A stretch of 64,000 bases of DNA, from NCBI GenBank assembly GCA_963815055.1, contig CAWFEU010000009.1, forward strand, positions 158,435 through 222,434, read 5' to 3'. Below, in pieces: positions 60,441 through 64,000 of the stretch; the stretch's first letter is position 1, and the number at the start of each line of letters is the position of its first letter. A program made the translations under genes and the position numbers. The notes below the pieces were generated by a model. It worked only from the letters and a program-made list of their open reading frames with translations, had not been told where the DNA came from and did no database searches. The stretch comes from an uncultured Alphaproteobacteria bacterium. Lineage in GTDB: Bacteria; Pseudomonadota; Alphaproteobacteria; Rhizobiales; Xanthobacteraceae.

Positions 60441-61886
60441 ATGGGACTGTTCGGGATACTGCTCGCGCTGGCCGTACTGATGTGGCTAGCCTACAGAGGC
60501 TGGAGCATATTGCTGGTTGCACCCCTAGCCGCGCTAGTGGCCGCTGCGACAGCGCGCGAGCCGCTTCTCGCCCATTGGACGCAGACTTTTATGGGTGGGG
60601 CCGCCCGCTTCTTCGTACAATGGTTTCCTATGTTTCTGCTTGGCGGTTTGTTCGGCAAGCTCATGGATGATAGCGGATCGATCAGTTCGATCGCACGTTT
60701 TTTGACCGAACGATTGGGAACGCGCAACACGATGCTCGCAGTCGTGCTTGCCTCAGCTCTCGTCACCTATGGTGGCGTCAGCGTCTTCGTTGCCTTTTTC
60801 GTGTTGGTACCGATGGCGCAAACGATGTTCAAGTCCGCCGATCTTCCGCGGCGGTTATTGCCCGCCACGATCGGTCTCGGCGCATTTACATTCACGATGT
60901 CTGCGCTTCCGGGCTCGCCGTCGGTCAATAACGCAATTCCAATGCCATATTTTGGAACAACAACATTTGCGGCTCCCGGTATCGGGATCATCGCGTCGGT
61001 GATCACCTTGGCATTCGGTTTGTGGTGGCTCCGCCGTGCCGAAGCGGCCGCGCGCAAGGCGGGCGAGGGCTACGGCGGCGACGTGGACACTGCTCCCGTC
61101 ATCGACGAGAAGGGCCGTGAGCATGCGACGGCGGCAGGCGAATTCGATCCGGCCGAGGCACAGCATGGCAAACACGCCAGCAGCGAGCCATCCTTCGTAT
61201 TGGCTGTACTGCCGCTTTTTGTTGTCATCGTCGTAAATTTCCTAATGTCGTTGATCGTGTTTCCACGTCTCGATTTTGCATTTCTGGCGGAGGAAGTGTG
61301 GGGGGGAACCACGATTGGCGCGGTGGCTGGTCTGTGGTCGTTACTTCTGGCGCTTGGAGCTGGGACCCTGGCCATTGTCATCATCAACTACAGTCGTCTG
61401 CCTTCTTTGCGTGAAAGCCTGGATGCCGGCGCCAACTCTTCGGCTTTGCCGATCCTGACGATCTCCAGCCTTGTCGGTTTCGGCGCGGTCGTTGCAGCCC
61501 TGCCGGCGTTTACTACGGTACGCGACGCGGTGTTATCCATTCCGGGGGGGCCACTGGTCTCGCTAACCGTCTCCATGAACGTTCTCGCCGGGTTGACCGG
61601 CACGGCTTCCGGTGGAATGGCGATTGCACTCAATGCACTCGGCGACACTTTTCTGCGCCTTGGCGCTGAACATGGCGTCGATCCAGCTTTGATGCATCGG
61701 ATAACCACGATTAGCGCCGGCACGCTCGACGCCCTTCCTCACAATGGTACAGTCCTGATGTTGCTTCAAATCAGCAAACTGTCTCACAAAGAAAGCTATT
61801 TCGACATGGTGATGACCGTGATCGTGAGCGTGATTATCTCGCTCGTGGCGGTCATCGCAATAGGTTCAATGTTTGGGTCGTTTTGA
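60441..61886 (+). CDS. GntP-family H+/organic acid permease (3-hydroxybutyrate permease-like)
   Basis: TYGGVSVFV, FTMSALPGSP..NAIP, TGTASGG and LPHNG motifs. Confidence 0.85.
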   Translation: MGLFGILLALAVLMWLAYRGWSILLVAPLAALVAAATAREPLLAHWTQTFMGGAARFFVQWFPMFLLGGLFGKLMDDSGSISSIARFLTERLGTRNTMLAVVLASALVTYGGVSVFVAFFVLVPMAQTMFKSADLPRRLLPATIGLGAFTFTMSALPGSPSVNNAIPMPYFGTTTFAAPGIGIIASVITLAFGLWWLRRAEAAARKAGEGYGGDVDTAPVIDEKGREHATAAGEFDPAEAQHGKHASSEPSFVLAVLPLFVVIVVNFLMSLIVFPRLDFAFLAEEVWGGTTIGAVAGLWSLLLALGAGTLAIVIINYSRLPSLRESLDAGANSSALPILTISSLVGFGAVVAALPAFTTVRDAVLSIPGGPLVSLTVSMNVLAGLTGTASGGMAIALNALGDTFLRLGAEHGVDPALMHRITTISAGTLDALPHNGTVLMLLQISKLSHKESYFDMVMTVIVSVIISLVAVIAIGSMFGSF

Positions 61887-62124
61887 TCGACAGCAGGGGC
61901 TAGATGTGTGTTCTGTTGGGGGGCTGTTTTCAAGTCCCGCAGTGGATCGCAAAGAGTACCAGAAAACTCCTCCCGGCGGTCTAGATCAAAAACACCCGTT
62001 TGCACCATTGTCGCGGTTGGTGGTCAACTTCGGGCAGCCGCCAAGAATCAGTACGGACCATCCTCGGAAGGCGAATTGCGACCAATAGGCCAAGTCGGGT
62101 CAGAACGGCCAACAAACTCATGAC

Positions 62125-63156
62125 TCAACACTCGGACAGCAACATATCGATATCGGTTGTTGAACGGTGACCGAGATCATCCGCGTGCGCATCCAGAAAC
62201 TCGCTCGCCGCACGACGCCCGTCTGTTCGCAGCATGGTCAGAAACTCCCATTCGGCATTGAGCTTTGACGAGTAGCCGAGATCGGTCATGAGGTCGGTCA
62301 TGATCCTGTGCGTCCGCATGCCGGCCCAGCGCGCTCCTTCGCCCTTTCCTGGGTCAGCCACCTCGCGGAGCAGCGCAATCATGCGCAACTCCTTCATCAG
62401 CGGAGAATTGAAGGATATTTCATTGAGCCGATTGAGAATTTCGGCGGCTGTACGGGGCGTGCTCGGCCGCTCTCTCGGATTGATCTGCACCAGGATGGAA
62501 TCATGAGCGTCGCTTTCGCGGACCAATGGCGTGATGGTCGGGTTACCTGCGAAACCTCCGTCCCAGTATGGTTCGCCGTCGATCTCGATCGCCTGGAACA
62601 TTGTCGGCAGGCATGCAGAAGCCAGCAGCACGTCAGCCGTGATCTCCGTATTGCGAAAGATGCGTCCGCGTCCGGTATGAACATTTGTCGCGGTAATGAA
62701 CAGTTTGACCGGCGAGCGGGCTAGCCGATCGAAGTCGATGCTTTCGGCGAGAATGTCGCGAAGCGGATTAAAGCCACGCGGGTTAAGGTCGTATGGCGAA
62801 AATACTCGCGTCATGAGATCCATGGCTACGAATACAGGGGACGAGTTGAGTGTCCAGCGTCCCAGCATCCGATCGACGAGCGTGCGTTGCAGGGGGCTGA
62901 ATGCGGCAGCGCGCGACACCCGCTGCCAATATGCGTCGAGCGCCGCGCGTGCACCATTGGTCCCGCCTTCGGCCCATCCGTCAGCCAGGACGGCGGCATT
63001 CATTGCGCCGGCCGAAGTGCCCGAGATTGCAACAATGGGAAGCCAAGACTCCTCGAGAAGGCGATCAAGGACACCCCAGGTGAACGCTCCATGCGATCCG
63101 CCCCCTTGCAAGGCAAGATCGATCGGGAGGGGAGTGCGGCTTTTCACTGACGGCAT
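62125..63156 (-). CDS. Patatin-like phospholipase/esterase
   Basis: QGGGSHGA, GTSAG and WDGG motifs. Confidence 0.9.
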   Translation of the reverse strand: MPSVKSRTPLPIDLALQGGGSHGAFTWGVLDRLLEESWLPIVAISGTSAGAMNAAVLADGWAEGGTNGARAALDAYWQRVSRAAAFSPLQRTLVDRMLGRWTLNSSPVFVAMDLMTRVFSPYDLNPRGFNPLRDILAESIDFDRLARSPVKLFITATNVHTGRGRIFRNTEITADVLLASACLPTMFQAIEIDGEPYWDGGFAGNPTITPLVRESDAHDSILVQINPRERPSTPRTAAEILNRLNEISFNSPLMKELRMIALLREVADPGKGEGARWAGMRTHRIMTDLMTDLGYSSKLNAEWEFLTMLRTDGRRAASEFLDAHADDLGHRSTTDIDMLLSEC

Positions 63157-63255
63157 CTTTGCGTCCTAGGGATAGCTATCAAGGTGAATGCGCGCGCGCG
63201 GTAGTATGAAATAGTTACCAAACGCGCTGCGGTCCTAGTGGGGATGGTAAAGATA

Positions 63256-63645
63256 TCAGGCCGTCCCGTTCGAACTGCGTTCGCGGCCTTTACTTTGTGC
63301 TCTGGCGTTGCTGATCGCGTCGATGAGGATTTCACTGTCTATTGGCTTTACCAGATATGAAGTGGCGCCGGCAGCCATGCACTTTTCGCGGAGCCCCGCG
63401 TCGTTGTAGGCCGTAATGACAATAGTCGGAATCGCAACGCCAATGCGGTGAAGATGGAGCTGCAGGTCGAGGCCGGTAACCTCGGGCATATGCTGGTCAA
63501 GAATGAGGCAGTCGAATTCACGAAGCCGGGGAGATGTCACAAATTCGCGCGCAGAGCTGAACGTTTCGGTCTCGACCGAACGGGTCGATAGCACGCGGGC
63601 CAAGGCCTTGCGCACGGACGCGTCATCGTCCACGATCGCGATCAT
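63256..63645 (-). CDS. Single-domain response regulator (receiver only)
   Basis: VDDD, LILDQHMP, ITA and KP motifs. Confidence 0.88.
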   Translation of the reverse strand: MIAIVDDDASVRKALARVLSTRSVETETFSSAREFVTSPRLREFDCLILDQHMPEVTGLDLQLHLHRIGVAIPTIVITAYNDAGLREKCMAAGATSYLVKPIDSEILIDAISNARAQSKGRERSSNGTA

Positions 63646-64000
63646 GAACGGCAATCTGCGCCTTATTTAGCAGATGCGTCGAGTTGGCCTTTGGGCCAAA
63701 TAGATTTGCGAAATGTCTCGGCTGCAGGGAAACTTTTTCCGTGAGCCGAACCAGTTCCGCTACCGTCCGCACCCCCATTTTGGCCATCATGCGGCTGCGG
63801 TGAACCTTGATTGTTTTCTCGACAGTGCCGAGATCGGAAGCAATTTGCTTGTTGAGACGGCCGGCAATCACGTGCGTCAAAACTTCATGTTCGCGCGGCG
63901 TTAGTGTTTCGACGAGCGCGTGGATTGTTTTCCGTTCCGCATCAGTCTTGCGTGCACTTTTGTCCCGATCGGCCGCGCGCCTTATCGCCTGCAATAGATC
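63623..64000 (-). CDS. 3' part of a FixJ/NodW-family (REC-LuxR HTH) response regulator
   Basis: LTPREHEVL..GRLNKQIASDLGTVEKTIKVHRSRMMAKM LuxR HTH; the 5' part lies outside the window. Confidence 0.88.
   Translation of the reverse strand, partial: DLLQAIRRAADRDKSARKTDAERKTIHALVETLTPREHEVLTHVIAGRLNKQIASDLGTVEKTIKVHRSRMMAKMGVRTVAELVRLTEKVSLQPRHFANLFGPKANSTHLLNKAQIAVHDRDRGR
63684..63699. promoter_or_regulatory. TTGGAC-N4-GTCCAA-type palindrome at the 3' end of the FixJ-like gene
   Basis: TTGGCC-TTTG-GGCCAA (perfect palindrome), about 40 bp upstream of the receiver-only gene. Confidence 0.55.

Noticed and set aside
61887-62124. Possible structured RNA or extra palindrome copy between the permease and patatin genes
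   Set aside because: Pairing is weak, the TGCGAC-N5-GGCCAA match has the wrong spacing, and it lies between convergent gene ends.
29489-64000. Prophage, integrase, transposase or anti-phage defence genes in the accessory region
   Set aside because: None of the ORFs shows recombinase, transposase, phage structural or nuclease-defence motifs.

Overview
GC-rich alphaproteobacterial chromosome segment whose gene content and order resemble Hyphomicrobiales (Xanthobacteraceae/Nitrobacteraceae-like; inferred, not searched). Bases 1-29.4 kb look like core genome. They carry PilZ, PAS, rhomboid, CBS and patatin genes, the trehalose operon otsB-GH15-otsA, thrS, yidD, an iscU-like gene, folE, hisI and a MaoC/CitE pair. 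They also carry a cell-cycle/motility block with CtrA-like boxes (SLT, DUF2336, Hpt, Cle-like CheY), a molybdopterin oxidoreductase, NAD kinase, cutA, a cobalamin riboswitch with a TonB receptor, a csp gene and tRNA-Thr(TGT). Bases 29.5-64 kb look accessory. They carry small secreted Gly-rich proteins, DegP, TetR with an enolase-family gene, a DUF3611/AI-2E/CcoQ-like operon and a CaCA antiporter. They also carry a stand-alone Mrp/Mbh-type antiporter operon with a fused double MrpD subunit, an RND pump, a Yersinia/Brucella-ure2-type urease cluster with a urea transporter, and a FixJ/NodW-like regulator at the right edge. Best candidate for an undescribed system: a 16-bp palindrome TTGG(A/C)C-N4-G(T/G)CCAA recurs in about 8 promoter regions of the accessory half, including the 3' end of the FixJ-like gene. 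This suggests a two-component regulon linking urease, cation/H+ antiporters and efflux (pH homeostasis). About six +1 frameshifts and three Ser->Leu changes, mostly at GANTC sites, look like methylation-linked long-read errors rather than true pseudogenes.
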